Assembly: GCA_016218805.1 (NCBI GenBank)
Contig: JACRCW010000161.1
Location: 1 to 64,000 of the forward strand
Source of the DNA: Deltaproteobacteria bacterium
GTDB lineage: Bacteria > Myxococcota > JACRCW01
DNA: 64,000 nt
Direction: 5' to 3'
The stretch's first letter is position 1; every line of letters begins with the position of its first letter. Shown piece by piece: positions 36,849-47,186 of the stretch. The notes below the pieces were generated by a model. That model was not told the DNA's origin. It made no database searches and worked only from the letters and a program-made list of their open reading frames with translations. A program made the position numbers and the translations under genes.

Positions 36849-39269
36849 ATGTTCGCGCCGTGGTTGTTGCTGGTGTCCGCTGCGCCGCCGCCGCCGGCGC
36901 CGCCGGGGGGCGAGGTGGTGATGCCGTTGCCCGCGTACGAGCAGTTGCTGGAGGCGGCTGCAGGAGGCGCTCCCCGGGCGCCGGAGCCGCCGGTGCACGC
37001 CACGGTGCGCCAGGCGAAGTATTCGGTGAACGTGACGGGGACGCTGGCGCGGGTGCAGATGACCGCGCGGGTGGATGTGCTGGGCACCGAGCGGCAGGTG
37101 CAGCCGTTGCTGGGAAGCGCGGGTGCGCTGCTGGGCGCGCGCGTGGACGGCAAGCCCGCGGGTGCGTCGCTGGCGGGGGACCGTTACGCGGTGGCGCTGG
37201 CGCCGGGCAGCCACGTGGTGGAGATGGAGGTGGTGGTGCCCGTGGCCAGCGAGGGCCCGTCTGAGCTGGCGCTGGCCGTGCCCTCCGCCGTGGCGGCGCA
37301 GCTCACCGCGGAGCTGCCGGGGCGCGGCTGGCAGGTGCAGGTGGGCGGCGCGCCGGACGTGGCGGTCAGGGCGGAGGGCGCGCGCACCACGGTGAGCACC
37401 GCGCTGGGCGTGACGGAGACGCTGAGCATGAGCTGGGTCCGCGGTGAGGGCGAGGCGCCTGACGAAGAGCTCCCCGACGAGAAGCCCGATGGGGCGGCGG
37501 CGCAGCCGGGCAAGGCGCGCGCCACGGTGCTGCACGAGGTGGCGGTGGACGAGACGGTACTGCGTGGCACGGTGCGGGTGACGGCGACGATCCAGAAGGG
37601 CACGCGGACCTCCATGGTGGTGGCGCTGCCCTCCGGCGTGGAGGTGCTGGACGTCACCGCTCCGGATCTCCGCGAATGGAACGCGGCCCAGGACGGGGAC
37701 CGCAAGCGGGTGAACGTGGTGTTCCGCTACGGGCGCACCGGCGAGGTGCCCCTCACGCTGCGCTACGAGCAGGCCATCAAGGAGGCGGGTGACAAGGCCA
37801 CCGTGCAGGTCCCCGAGCCGGTGGTGGAGGAGATGGAGAGCGAGCGCGGCTTTGTGGGCGTGGAGGCGGCGCCCGGCGTGGAGGTGTCCCTGAGCCGCGT
37901 GGAGGGCGGCGAAGCGATGGACGGCCGCGACCTCCCGTCCGACCTGTGGAGCATGGCGGGCACGCCGCTGGTGCTGGGCGTGAAGTACCTGGAACACCCC
38001 GTCAGCGTGGCGCTGGGCGTGTCCCGCCGGGCCAAGGTGGCGGTGGCGGACACCACGGTGGACCGGGCGGTGTTTGAAACGGTGGTGAACGCCGAGGGGC
38101 GCAGCGTGAGCGCGGTGACCTGGCACGTGCGCAACCACCAGCGGCAATTCCTGGAGGTGAAGATGCCCGCCAAGGCCGCCGTGCTGACCTGCTTTGTGGG
38201 CGGCAAGCCGGTGCGCCCGGCCCGCGGCGCTGACGACGCGCTGTTCATCCCGCTGGACCGCTCCACCGCGGCGGAGGGCGCGGGCGCGGCGTTTCCCGTG
38301 GAGCTCGTGTTCGCGCGTGAGATGGGGAAGCTGTGGCCCGTCTCCAGCCTGGCCCTGGAGATGCCCGCCACGGGTGTGCAGGCCATGGAGCTCACCTGGC
38401 GGGTGTTCGTCCCGTCCACGCATGTGGGCGTGCTGTTTGGGGGCAACTTCAGCGTGTATCCGGACCCGCGGCGCATGGAACGGTGGCTGGCATCCGTGCT
38501 GTCCACCGCGCCGGACGCCCAGGCGGGTGAACTGCTCAAGACCTCCAAGGCGCTGGAAGGGTATGACATGAGCCAGGGCGTGAAAGCGCGCTGGGCCCCG
38601 CGCCCGGTGGCCGAACAGGCTGCCGCCGCGGTGCGCGTGTCCCGCCCGCTCGTCGGACGCGCGTATGACTTCCGCGCCAACCTGCTGCGCGCGGAGGCGC
38701 CGCGCCTGCGCATGGGCCTGGTGAAGTTTGCCGCGCTGGAGAGCCTGGGCACCATCCTGGCGCTGCTGGCGCTGATGGGGGCCTGGGGGCTGGCGGAGCG
38801 CTTCCGGCGCCGCCGCGCGGACCTGCGGTTGGCGCCGCCGCCGGACGTTGGCGACGACCGCTTGGGCGGGCTGCCCGCATGGGTGCTGCCGTCCATGGTG
38901 GGCGGGGCGCTGCTGCTGGCGCTGCCCGTGGGGCTGATTGTGGATGGGGTGGTGGGGGACGTGGTGTTGGCCGCGGTGGCCGCGCCCGCCTGGCTGGTGG
39001 GGGTACACCTGCGCGTCAGCCTGCGCCCGGGCAACCGCTGGTGGGGCTGGCCCGTGTGGGCCGTGGCGGACCTGTTGCTTGTCGGCGCGGTGGTGAGCGG
39101 CGTCGCGGCGCGCTCCCCCATGGGGGCGCTCATGCTGCTGGGGCCCGCCGCGGTGTGCGCGTGGGCCGCGCGCCGCGCGCTGTGGAAGCCGGTGTCCACC
39201 ACCGCGCCGCCCTCAGGGACGCCGGTGGCCGCTGCCTCGTCCGCGGAGCCGGCGGGAGGTGCAGCATGA
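36849..39269 (+). CDS. Large hypothetical exported protein with C-terminal TMs (paralog A)
   Basis: Strong RBS; signal-like N-terminus; beta-rich repeats; VRNHQRQFLEV motif; C-terminal TM helices. Confidence 0.8.
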   Translation: MFAPWLLLVSAAPPPPAPPGGEVVMPLPAYEQLLEAAAGGAPRAPEPPVHATVRQAKYSVNVTGTLARVQMTARVDVLGTERQVQPLLGSAGALLGARVDGKPAGASLAGDRYAVALAPGSHVVEMEVVVPVASEGPSELALAVPSAVAAQLTAELPGRGWQVQVGGAPDVAVRAEGARTTVSTALGVTETLSMSWVRGEGEAPDEELPDEKPDGAAAQPGKARATVLHEVAVDETVLRGTVRVTATIQKGTRTSMVVALPSGVEVLDVTAPDLREWNAAQDGDRKRVNVVFRYGRTGEVPLTLRYEQAIKEAGDKATVQVPEPVVEEMESERGFVGVEAAPGVEVSLSRVEGGEAMDGRDLPSDLWSMAGTPLVLGVKYLEHPVSVALGVSRRAKVAVADTTVDRAVFETVVNAEGRSVSAVTWHVRNHQRQFLEVKMPAKAAVLTCFVGGKPVRPARGADDALFIPLDRSTAAEGAGAAFPVELVFAREMGKLWPVSSLALEMPATGVQAMELTWRVFVPSTHVGVLFGGNFSVYPDPRRMERWLASVLSTAPDAQAGELLKTSKALEGYDMSQGVKARWAPRPVAEQAAAAVRVSRPLVGRAYDFRANLLRAEAPRLRMGLVKFAALESLGTILALLALMGAWGLAERFRRRRADLRLAPPPDVGDDRLGGLPAWVLPSMVGGALLLALPVGLIVDGVVGDVVLAAVAAPAWLVGVHLRVSLRPGNRWWGWPVWAVADLLLVGAVVSGVAARSPMGALMLLGPAAVCAWAARRALWKPVSTTAPPSGTPVAAASSAEPAGGAA

Positions 39270-41581
39270 AGACGCTCCCGGTGATGTCCCTGTTACTGGC
39301 GGCCGCATTCGCAAACGCGGACCCCGATTTCACCGACGGCCAGGTGCGCATTCCGCTGGCCACCTACCTGGAACTGAAAGCCCGGGCCGCGCGCGCCACC
39401 GAGGCCGACAGCCAGGAGGAGGACCTGCAGCAGGACGAGCAGGAAGGGGCCGGCACCGCGCCCATGGTGCTGGAAGCGCGCATCAGCGGGCGGCTCACGC
39501 GCCGGGCGCTGGAGCTGACGGTGCAAGCCACGGTGGAAGGCACCCGCAATGACTGGCACCTCCAGCCGCTGCTGCCTGACGACGTGGCGCTGGCGGAACT
39601 CACCACGGACGCGGGTGCCACCGTGCTCTCCATGGACGGGCGGCGCTACCTGGCGTTTGCCGGGACCGGGCGGCACACCGTGACCATGAAGCTGGTCACC
39701 TCCGGCGGCGAAAGCGGGTCCTCGCGCCAGGTGGACCTGGCCATCCTGCCGGGCGCCAGCCGCCAGCTGGCGTTGGAGGTGCCCCCGCGGCTGGACGTGG
39801 AAGTCACGCCGTCTGACCTGGTGACGACGGACCGCAGCGGTGGCAAGCGCGTGCTGCGCGGGTACGTCCCCGCGGGACAGGAGACGCTGTCCATCCGCTG
39901 GGACACGGACGCCGTGGCGGAGGATGCCGCGCCGGAGCCCGCGGTCCGCCCGCCCACCTCCACCAGCAAGGAGCCGCCGCGCCTCAACGTCACGGCGTCC
40001 ATGCTCGCCAGCGTGGGCGAACGCCTGCTCACCGTTTACACGACGCTGCGATACGCCATCTTCCACGCGCCGGTGAGCCGCTTTGAATGGACAGTGCCCG
40101 CCGGCGTGGAGGTCATTGGCGTGCAGGGCCGCGGCGTGACGGAGTGGAACTGCGCCCCGGGCCAGGCCGGCCTGCTGTGCAGCGTGGAGCTGCCCTTCCC
40201 GGTGCAGCGCACCTACGAACTGTCCATCCAGCTGGAACAGGCGCTGCCCAAGGACCTCTCGCAGCTGGTGGTGCCCGCGCCCACCGCGCGCGGCGTGCAG
40301 CGGCAATCCGGACACGTGGCCGTGGAGGTGGTGGGCAGCGCGGAGGTCAAACCGGCGGACGGCACCACCGCCGTGCGCGAAGACGTGCGGGAGTTGCCGC
40401 CTGACCTCTTCGCCGGCCAGAGCACGCCCATCCTGCTGGCCTTCAAGTTCCTGGAGCCCCCTGTGGTCCTGGCCCTGGACGTCAAGCGCCGCGAATCCGT
40501 GGAACTGTCCCCCATCTCCGTGGACGACGCGGCGTACACCACCGTGTGGACGACGGAGGGGCGCACCATCACCGAGGGCACCTTCCAGGTGCGCAACCGC
40601 CAGCGCCAGTTCCTGGCCATGCGCCTGCCTGAAGGCGCGGTCATCCAGAGCGCGTTTGTGGCGGACGCGCCGGTGAAGCCGTCCACCGGGGATGACGGTC
40701 GCCTGCGCATCCCATTGCGCAGCGGGCGCGGCGCGGAGGGCGAGTCTTTTGTGGTCCAGGTGGTGTACGCGCTGGATGATCAGCCGCTCCCCGCCGTGGG
40801 CCGCATGGAGACGCTGCTGCCGACCATGGACGCCGAGGTGGGCGCGCTGCACCACACGCTCATCCTGCCGGAACACCAGCAGCTGTGGGCGTTTGACGGT
40901 GACCTGTCCACCGAACCCCCCGCGATGATCGAGCCGGGCCGGGTTGATGGCGTCTCGTTTGGACTGGGCATGGCCAAGCGGGACGTGATGATGGCGCCGC
41001 CCGCGGCGCCGCCCATGCAGATGGCCATGGAGCGCGCGGACCTGGACGAGGAGCTGGCGCTGAAGACGGAGGACCGCCGCGAGCAGGCCCGGGCGCGTGT
41101 GCCCCGGCAGAGCAACATTGGCGCGCTGCGGATGTCCGCGCTGATGGGAGCAGGTCCCGGCGGCGGCGGCATGAATGCGGCGGTGGTGCAGCAGGGCGTG
41201 CTCCCCGTACGCATCCAGATCCCGCAAGCGGGCGAACGCTACACGGCGCACGCCTTCTACATCCCACCGGACCGCGCGCTGCGTTGGGCGTCGCGCGTGG
41301 CGTCGGAAGGGAGCCTGGGCGTGCTGTGGGTGCTGCTGGCGCTGTTGGGCCTGGCGTTGGGCGTGCTGGCGTTCCGCCAGGGTGCGCGCCTGCTGGTCCT
41401 GGAGGGCATGGACCGGGACCGCGTGCTGCTGCTGGCGGGGATGGTGGTGGCCGTGGTGCTCACCGCCTACTTCCGGCGGCACGTGGCCATCCTGCCGCTG
41501 TTTGTCCTGGCTGGCGCGCTGGCGGCCTGGCTCACCGCGCGGCTGCGCAGCCCGCGTCCGCCGCCCGCACCCGCCGCCTGA
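39266..41581 (+). CDS. Large hypothetical exported protein with C-terminal TMs (paralog B)
   Basis: ATGA overlap; signal peptide MKTL...ANA; VRNRQRQFLAM motif; same architecture as paralog A. Confidence 0.8.
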   Translation: MKTLPVMSLLLAAAFANADPDFTDGQVRIPLATYLELKARAARATEADSQEEDLQQDEQEGAGTAPMVLEARISGRLTRRALELTVQATVEGTRNDWHLQPLLPDDVALAELTTDAGATVLSMDGRRYLAFAGTGRHTVTMKLVTSGGESGSSRQVDLAILPGASRQLALEVPPRLDVEVTPSDLVTTDRSGGKRVLRGYVPAGQETLSIRWDTDAVAEDAAPEPAVRPPTSTSKEPPRLNVTASMLASVGERLLTVYTTLRYAIFHAPVSRFEWTVPAGVEVIGVQGRGVTEWNCAPGQAGLLCSVELPFPVQRTYELSIQLEQALPKDLSQLVVPAPTARGVQRQSGHVAVEVVGSAEVKPADGTTAVREDVRELPPDLFAGQSTPILLAFKFLEPPVVLALDVKRRESVELSPISVDDAAYTTVWTTEGRTITEGTFQVRNRQRQFLAMRLPEGAVIQSAFVADAPVKPSTGDDGRLRIPLRSGRGAEGESFVVQVVYALDDQPLPAVGRMETLLPTMDAEVGALHHTLILPEHQQLWAFDGDLSTEPPAMIEPGRVDGVSFGLGMAKRDVMMAPPAAPPMQMAMERADLDEELALKTEDRREQARARVPRQSNIGALRMSALMGAGPGGGGMNAAVVQQGVLPVRIQIPQAGERYTAHAFYIPPDRALRWASRVASEGSLGVLWVLLALLGLALGVLAFRQGARLLVLEGMDRDRVLLLAGMVVAVVLTAYFRRHVAILPLFVLAGALAAWLTARLRSPRPPPAPAA

Positions 41582-41672
41582 GCCGCTTGCGTCCCCACTT
41601 CCGGCACCGCGCGGACTCCCGCATCCGGGACGCGGAGCGTCGGCGCGGACCTGCGCTAGGATGCGCGCACGG

Positions 41673-43232
41673 ATGCCCGGAGCCGCTGCGTGGGTACTGT
41701 CGTCGTGGGTGGCGGCGCAGGCGGTGACGCCGGCGGGCGCCACGGATGCGCGGCCGCGCACCTCCGCCGGGGAGTACGCCAGCGCGCTGGGCATCTCCGG
41801 CCTCCCCCGCCGCGCGGTGGAAGACCCCTTTGGCCTGTTCACCGGCATCCCGGACAACGTCCGCTACCAGACGTGGGGCTTTGTCCTCACCGTGCAGAAC
41901 ATCCCCATCCTGGAGACCGGCTACTGGGACCGCGCCATTGGCGGGCCGTATGACCTCAACCGTTCCACCAACGTGAAGCTGCGGCAGCTGCCCGCCGTGC
42001 TGCGGATGGTGTTCTATGACAACTACATGCGGTCGCTGGGCGTGTTTGCGCTGGACCGCAGCCCGGACGCCGCCTACCGCGCCGGCGGCCTGGAGAACGC
42101 GTGGACCTCCGTGCACCTGGGGCTGACCGGTCCGGACAGCCAGGCGCTGTTCAGCCAGGTGAGCGGCGCCCTGTCCTCCCGGTTCAGTCCGGAAGAGATG
42201 GCAGACCTGGCGGTGTGGCTGCTGGCCCAGGCGCTGCCGCACAAGTTCACCCGTGACGAATGGCGCCATGCCCAGCACGTGGCCTTCTACAACGCCGCGT
42301 GGGTGGGCGCGGCGTTCTTTGGCTACCAGTTCAGCCAGAACAACGCGCAGCTGCGCGGCGGGCGGTGGTTCCAGCTGTCCAACTTCTCCGTCGGAACGTT
42401 TGCCACGGTGCGCCGCCTGGGCGTGCGCTGGCGCCCGGACTACGCGGCGGACCTGCGCTTTTCGGTGCCGGGCATGGAGACCTCGTTCACCGTGGGGGGG
42501 CGGTTGGACGACCGGCCGGAGACGGAGCTGTTGGGCCTGGACGCCGGCGTGCGGGTGAACTGGCTCAACTACTTTGCCCGCTCCATGGGCTGGGACCTGT
42601 TTGCCGCGGCCCGCGCGCACCACACGCTGCTGCACACCACCGCCGCGCGCGAGCGTGACCTCACCACGGAAGGCCGGCTGAGCGGGCGCCGCGAGAACCT
42701 GGGAGACCTGGACGGGCTGGCGCTGGGCGTGGACGGCGCCGTGCGCACGGACTGGTACCGCACCGCCGCGGTGGAGGGCAGCGTGGCCGTGGAGCACGTC
42801 CCCGCCGAGGCCGCCGCCGGCATGCGCCTGTCCACGGTGGGCTACCGTGACAAGCGCTCGGAGTTTGCCTGGGCGTTCTTCCTGGCCGCGCCGTTCCGGC
42901 CGCCCACGGAACGGCCGTTGGAGCGCGACTACCAGCTGCACGCCCGCCTGATGCGCGAGCAGGCCCTGGTGGTGCAGCGCCTGCTGGAGGGCGAGGCGCG
43001 GGCCCGCCGGCGGGACGCGCGCGCGCGCGGCGCGGAGGTGCCCGCTGGCACGGCCCATTCGCTGGAGCTGGCGCGCCGGTCCCTGTTGCAGCGTGTGGAC
43101 GCCACCCAGGACGCGCGTGACAAATGGCGCGCCTCCCTGCGCGGGCGGGACCGGCCGCTGGAAGGCTACGTGACGGAGGAAGAGCTGGCCGCCGCCCGCG
43201 CGCTGGCCGGGGAGCGCGCGGAGGCGCCGTGA
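41673..43232 (+). CDS. Hypothetical protein, possibly with an outer-membrane beta-strand region
   Basis: GC3-biased frame; aromatic-rich alternating segments in the middle; helical C-terminus; start uncertain. Confidence 0.65.
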   Translation: MPGAAAWVLSSWVAAQAVTPAGATDARPRTSAGEYASALGISGLPRRAVEDPFGLFTGIPDNVRYQTWGFVLTVQNIPILETGYWDRAIGGPYDLNRSTNVKLRQLPAVLRMVFYDNYMRSLGVFALDRSPDAAYRAGGLENAWTSVHLGLTGPDSQALFSQVSGALSSRFSPEEMADLAVWLLAQALPHKFTRDEWRHAQHVAFYNAAWVGAAFFGYQFSQNNAQLRGGRWFQLSNFSVGTFATVRRLGVRWRPDYAADLRFSVPGMETSFTVGGRLDDRPETELLGLDAGVRVNWLNYFARSMGWDLFAAARAHHTLLHTTAARERDLTTEGRLSGRRENLGDLDGLALGVDGAVRTDWYRTAAVEGSVAVEHVPAEAAAGMRLSTVGYRDKRSEFAWAFFLAAPFRPPTERPLERDYQLHARLMREQALVVQRLLEGEARARRRDARARGAEVPAGTAHSLELARRSLLQRVDATQDARDKWRASLRGRDRPLEGYVTEEELAAARALAGERAEAP

Positions 43233-43269
43233 CTTGACGGGCGCGCGCGCGCCTGCCCCAATCTGCTGC

Positions 43270-44334
43270 ATGAGCCAGTTCAAACTTCCCGCACACAACA
43301 GCACGGGCAACCTGGCGCAGGCGGCGGCGCAGGCCCGCGCCCTGGCACAGGGCGTCCAACGCCAGAGCGCCCGCCAGGCCAAGGACGCGGAAAAATCCGG
43401 CGAAGCCAAGGCCGGCGAGCAGGCGCAGGCCAAGGGCCCGGCGGGTTCGTCGCCAACCGCCTCCAAGGGTGAGCCCAAGGCCCCGCCGGCCCCTTTGGCG
43501 CGGCCGGGCGCGGGCGCGCGGCCGCTCACCACGCAGAAGGCACCCACCCAGCAGGGCGGCAAGGCGCAGCAGGCCAAGGGCGGCGCCAAGGCCACGGATG
43601 AAGCGGAGCTCAGCAAGCTCAAGGCGCACGAGGCCGCTGAACTGGACAGCCACTCCGGGGACAGCTTCCAGGCGGACAGCTCCATCACGGACATGCGGCG
43701 CTTCTGGGGCGAGGAGGGCACCGGCAGCCACGTGGCCGTCAAGGACCTGGACCTGTTTGACCCCAACCTGTCACCGGCGGAAGTGGAGCAGCTGGGGAGC
43801 CTGCGCGGTGCCGTCCACGTGGCGCGCCTGCTGCAGCACTGGGGCAACAGCGGCATGGACCAGGGCCAGGCCACCCACGACGCGGCGCAGATGCTGCTGG
43901 CGTTTGCCCGGCCGGAGCAGGCCCGCGGCGTCATGCGTGAGCTGGAACGCGCGCCCATCACGCACGTCTACCCCATGCAGATCCAGCTGCAGATCATGGA
44001 GGAGCACCCGGAGTTCTGGCCCAACGTGTCCCGCGGGCCGGTGGTGGAGAACAAGGACGCCCTGGCCCAGGGCGACCGGGTCATGGCCGGCCACAACTTC
44101 CGCGTGCACGTCCCCACCACCATGAAGCTCAAGGCGTTTGCGCTGCTGGGACCGGAGAAGCCCGGCTATGAATTCGAGCCCGTGCGCTCCGGCGTCTACC
44201 GCATGCTGGTGGACACGCCGGGGTCCTACACGTTTGCCGTGCGCGGCGAGGTGGCGGGCAAGCAGCTGCTGGACACTTTCCAAGTCACCGTCCACCAACC
44301 GGGCAGCCTGCCGGAGCCCACCGAAGAGCTCTGA
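43270..44334 (+). CDS. Hypothetical protein with Ala/Gln/Lys-rich disordered N-terminus
   Basis: Strong codon bias; low-complexity first third, globular remainder. Confidence 0.75.
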   Translation: MSQFKLPAHNSTGNLAQAAAQARALAQGVQRQSARQAKDAEKSGEAKAGEQAQAKGPAGSSPTASKGEPKAPPAPLARPGAGARPLTTQKAPTQQGGKAQQAKGGAKATDEAELSKLKAHEAAELDSHSGDSFQADSSITDMRRFWGEEGTGSHVAVKDLDLFDPNLSPAEVEQLGSLRGAVHVARLLQHWGNSGMDQGQATHDAAQMLLAFARPEQARGVMRELERAPITHVYPMQIQLQIMEEHPEFWPNVSRGPVVENKDALAQGDRVMAGHNFRVHVPTTMKLKAFALLGPEKPGYEFEPVRSGVYRMLVDTPGSYTFAVRGEVAGKQLLDTFQVTVHQPGSLPEPTEEL

Positions 44335-44340
44335 CGGCCA

Positions 44341-45546
44341 TCAGCTGGCCGCCGCCAGCGCGGCTTCCGCCAGCCGGCGCGTGTGCGTGCCGGCCTCCGC
44401 CTCCGCCGCCTGCTGCCAGGCCGCGCGCGCCTCTTCCCGGCGGCCCAGTGCCAGCAGCGCGTTGCCCCGGTGCAGCGCCGCCACCTTGGCCGTGTAGGGG
44501 GCGGGGTTCCCTGACAGCGCGTCCTCCAGCGCCGCCAGCGCGTCCGCCGGGCGCCCCGCCTCCGCCAGCGCACGCCCCCGCGCCAGCAGCAGCTCCACCC
44601 GAAGGCTGCGGCTGGCGGTGATGCGCCCCGCCATGTCCGCCGCCGCCGCCAGGTCCTTCTCCATGGGCGCCACGTCCCCGCGTTGCGCCGCGCAGCGCGC
44701 CCGCGTGGCAAAAAAATGCATGCCCACGGCCGGGTGATGGCCCAGCACCGCCGCCGCCCGGCTCAGGTGGAACTCCGCCGCCCGCACGTCACCGCGCTCC
44801 AGGTGCACCATGGCGGCCTGGATGTGCGGCGCCGGCTGCACCACCTGCCCGCGCTCCGCCTCCTGCGCTGCCAGCAGCTCCTGGCCCTGCTCATCCGCCT
44901 GCAGGCGTGCGCGGTCCCGCTCCGCCAGCTGCGGCAGCCCCGCCCGCGGCGTGTGCTCCAACTCGGTGAGCGCTTCGTCAAACCGGCCCAGCTCCGCCAG
45001 CGCCGCGGAGGCCGCCAGGTGCGAGGCCTCGTCCGCCGGGTCCCGCGCCAGCACCTCCCGCGCGGTGGCCAGCCCGTCCGCAATGCGGCCCTCCGCCAGC
45101 GCGGCGGTGGTGCCGGACGCCAACAGCGCCGCGGGGGCCGCCGGCATGGCCCGCAGCGCGTCAAACATGGTGCGCGCTTCATCAAACCGGTGCAGCCCGG
45201 ACAGCGCCAGCACGGCGGTGGCGCGCGCCGCCGCCAGGATGGCGGGCTTGTGGGCGGACAGCTCCAGCGCGCGCTGGCTCAGCGCCCACGCCCGGTCATG
45301 CAGCCCCATGTTGTAGAAATGCAGCGAACAGGACGCCTCGGTGGCGCCGGGAATCAGCAGGTGCTGCACCAGGCGCCAGAATGGGCGGCGCTGGCGCAGG
45401 CCGGCTTCACAGTGCTCCGCCAGCAGGTCAAAGCGCCCCGCCGCCGCCAGCACGCTGAGGTCCGTGTTCCACCGCATCATCGCGCGCACGTCGGACCACA
45501 GCCACGCAAACAACCCCACCCCAGTCAGCGAGATGACCCAGCCCAC
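44341..45546 (-). CDS. TPR-repeat membrane-anchored protein
   Basis: N-terminal TM; repeated ALAELGRFDEAL / ALLALGRREEA motifs. Confidence 0.8.
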   Translation of the reverse strand: MGWVISLTGVGLFAWLWSDVRAMMRWNTDLSVLAAAGRFDLLAEHCEAGLRQRRPFWRLVQHLLIPGATEASCSLHFYNMGLHDRAWALSQRALELSAHKPAILAAARATAVLALSGLHRFDEARTMFDALRAMPAAPAALLASGTTAALAEGRIADGLATAREVLARDPADEASHLAASAALAELGRFDEALTELEHTPRAGLPQLAERDRARLQADEQGQELLAAQEAERGQVVQPAPHIQAAMVHLERGDVRAAEFHLSRAAAVLGHHPAVGMHFFATRARCAAQRGDVAPMEKDLAAAADMAGRITASRSLRVELLLARGRALAEAGRPADALAALEDALSGNPAPYTAKVAALHRGNALLALGRREEARAAWQQAAEAEAGTHTRRLAEAALAAAS

Positions 45547-45558
45547 GCCGCCTCCCCC

Positions 45559-46167
45559 TCACGCGCCGTCCACCGGGGTCAGGCGCGCCGTCACCGTGGC
45601 GCCGGGCCCACCCAGGCGGTCCTGCACCGCGCCGTCCAGGACCACCACCGCATCGCGCAGGCCCGCGGGGCACTCCAGGGTCACCGGTCCGCCCAGCGCC
45701 TCCGCCCAGCTGGAGACCTCCAGCGCGTAGGCCGCGCCGGGTACCAACGACAAACGCCGCGCCACGCCCTCCGGCAGCAGGATGCGTGGCGCCGCCCGGC
45801 TCACCCCGTCCGCCAGCACCACCGTGCCCCGCGGTCCGGACAGCGCCGCCCCGGGCCCGGGCCCGCGCGCGGGCACCCGCAGGTCCAGTTGCTGCAGCGC
45901 CTGCGCCGTGAGCGCCAGGCGTGACACCGGTGTGGCCACCGCCACCACGCGCGCCCGCGCTTCGCGGCGGTTGCCGCCCACCACGCCCACGCGCTCCAGG
46001 CACAGCGGCTCCGCCAGCAGCCCCGCCCAGCACGGCACCGGCCGGTGCCCCGCCCCAAACACCGCCTCCAGGTGCGCCGCGGACAGATAGGCGCGGTTGC
46101 CCGCCCGCACCGCGCGCACCGTGACCGACCGCGTGGCCGCAACCGGCTCGGTGGTGGTGGTGGTCAT
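45559..46167 (-). CDS. Degenerate PduL-like (phosphate propanoyltransferase fold) protein
   Basis: NRAYLS..HLEAVFGAG and GAALSGPRGTVVLADGV resemble PduL repeats but lack the HxH motifs; ATGA overlap with the deaminase. Confidence 0.55.
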   Translation of the reverse strand: MTTTTTEPVAATRSVTVRAVRAGNRAYLSAAHLEAVFGAGHRPVPCWAGLLAEPLCLERVGVVGGNRREARARVVAVATPVSRLALTAQALQQLDLRVPARGPGPGAALSGPRGTVVLADGVSRAAPRILLPEGVARRLSLVPGAAYALEVSSWAEALGGPVTLECPAGLRDAVVVLDGAVQDRLGGPGATVTARLTPVDGA

Positions 46168-47186
46168 GGGATGAAGGTCGCCTTCTCCGCCACGCGGAAG
46201 GCCTCCGCCACGTCCTCCTGGCTGAGGATCCCCGCATCCATCAGCATGGTGCATTCGCGCGCCATGTTGGTGTCCAGCAGGTAGGGGCCGTCCGTGTTGA
46301 GTGTGAAGGGCACGCGCGCCTGCTTGAAGGTGCGCAGCACGTGGCCCAGTTCACTGAGGTCCTGCACCGCGTGCGTGGCCAGGTTGGAGGACGGGCAGAT
46401 CTCCAGCACGGTGCCGGACTCGCGCAGCATCTCCAGCGCCTCGGTGTTGTACGCCGCCCGGATGCCGTGCCCAATGCGGTCCGGTTTCAGATAGCGCAGC
46501 ACCGCAATGACCCCCTCCCCGGAAGTGTGCGGCGTTTCCCCGGTGTGCACCGTGGTGCGCAGGCCCGCCTCCCGCGCCTTGCGGAACAGCGCCTCGTAGC
46601 GGGCCGCGTCCCCCACGCGCAGCTCCAGGTTCATGCTCTCCGGCCCGGCCAGGTCAATGCCCACCACGCCACGGTCACGGTAGCGGATGGCCTTGTTCAC
46701 CATGATCTCGTTGAGCTCAAAGCTGAACTCGCGCGCCAGGCAGAAGATGAGCGCGCAGCGCGTGCCGTACTCCAGGCACGCGTCATCCATGCCGTGCACC
46801 GCGGCCTGGATGATGTGGTCCAGATCGCGTTCGCCCTGCAGGTTGCGTTTCATGGGATTGAAGCGCAGCTCCATCCTGGTCACGCGGCTGCCGCGGTATT
46901 CCTTGCCAATGACCTCATAGACGCTGCGCTGGATGGCGGCGGGACTGGATTGGATCTTCTCGGTCCACTCGTGCATCACCTTGAGGTAGTCCTCCAGGTT
47001 CTTGGTCTTCTCCGGTTTGACCGTCACCATCTCCACAAACGACCAGTAGTCCCGCACCGGCAGCTTGAAGCCCGCCTGGTGCGCAATGCTGAACAGGATG
47101 TGCGGGGCGACCGCACCACCCACGTGGATGTGCAGGTCCGTCAACTCGGAGGGGAGCCGGGCGTCCCAGGGCGGCTTGATGGACAT
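46164..47186 (-). CDS. add: Adenosine deaminase family protein
   Basis: DLHIHVGG, GIDLAGPE, TVHTGE, DRIGHG, EICPSSN, NTDGP. Confidence 0.9.
   Translation of the reverse strand: MSIKPPWDARLPSELTDLHIHVGGAVAPHILFSIAHQAGFKLPVRDYWSFVEMVTVKPEKTKNLEDYLKVMHEWTEKIQSSPAAIQRSVYEVIGKEYRGSRVTRMELRFNPMKRNLQGERDLDHIIQAAVHGMDDACLEYGTRCALIFCLAREFSFELNEIMVNKAIRYRDRGVVGIDLAGPESMNLELRVGDAARYEALFRKAREAGLRTTVHTGETPHTSGEGVIAVLRYLKPDRIGHGIRAAYNTEALEMLRESGTVLEICPSSNLATHAVQDLSELGHVLRTFKQARVPFTLNTDGPYLLDTNMARECTMLMDAGILSQEDVAEAFRVAEKATFIP

Noticed and set aside
36600..39008. N-terminal 803 aa of the 2166-aa minus-strand ORF
   Set aside because: Antisense shadow of the plus-strand gene at 36849-39269; the TamB-like sequence starts at MIRKLA (36599)
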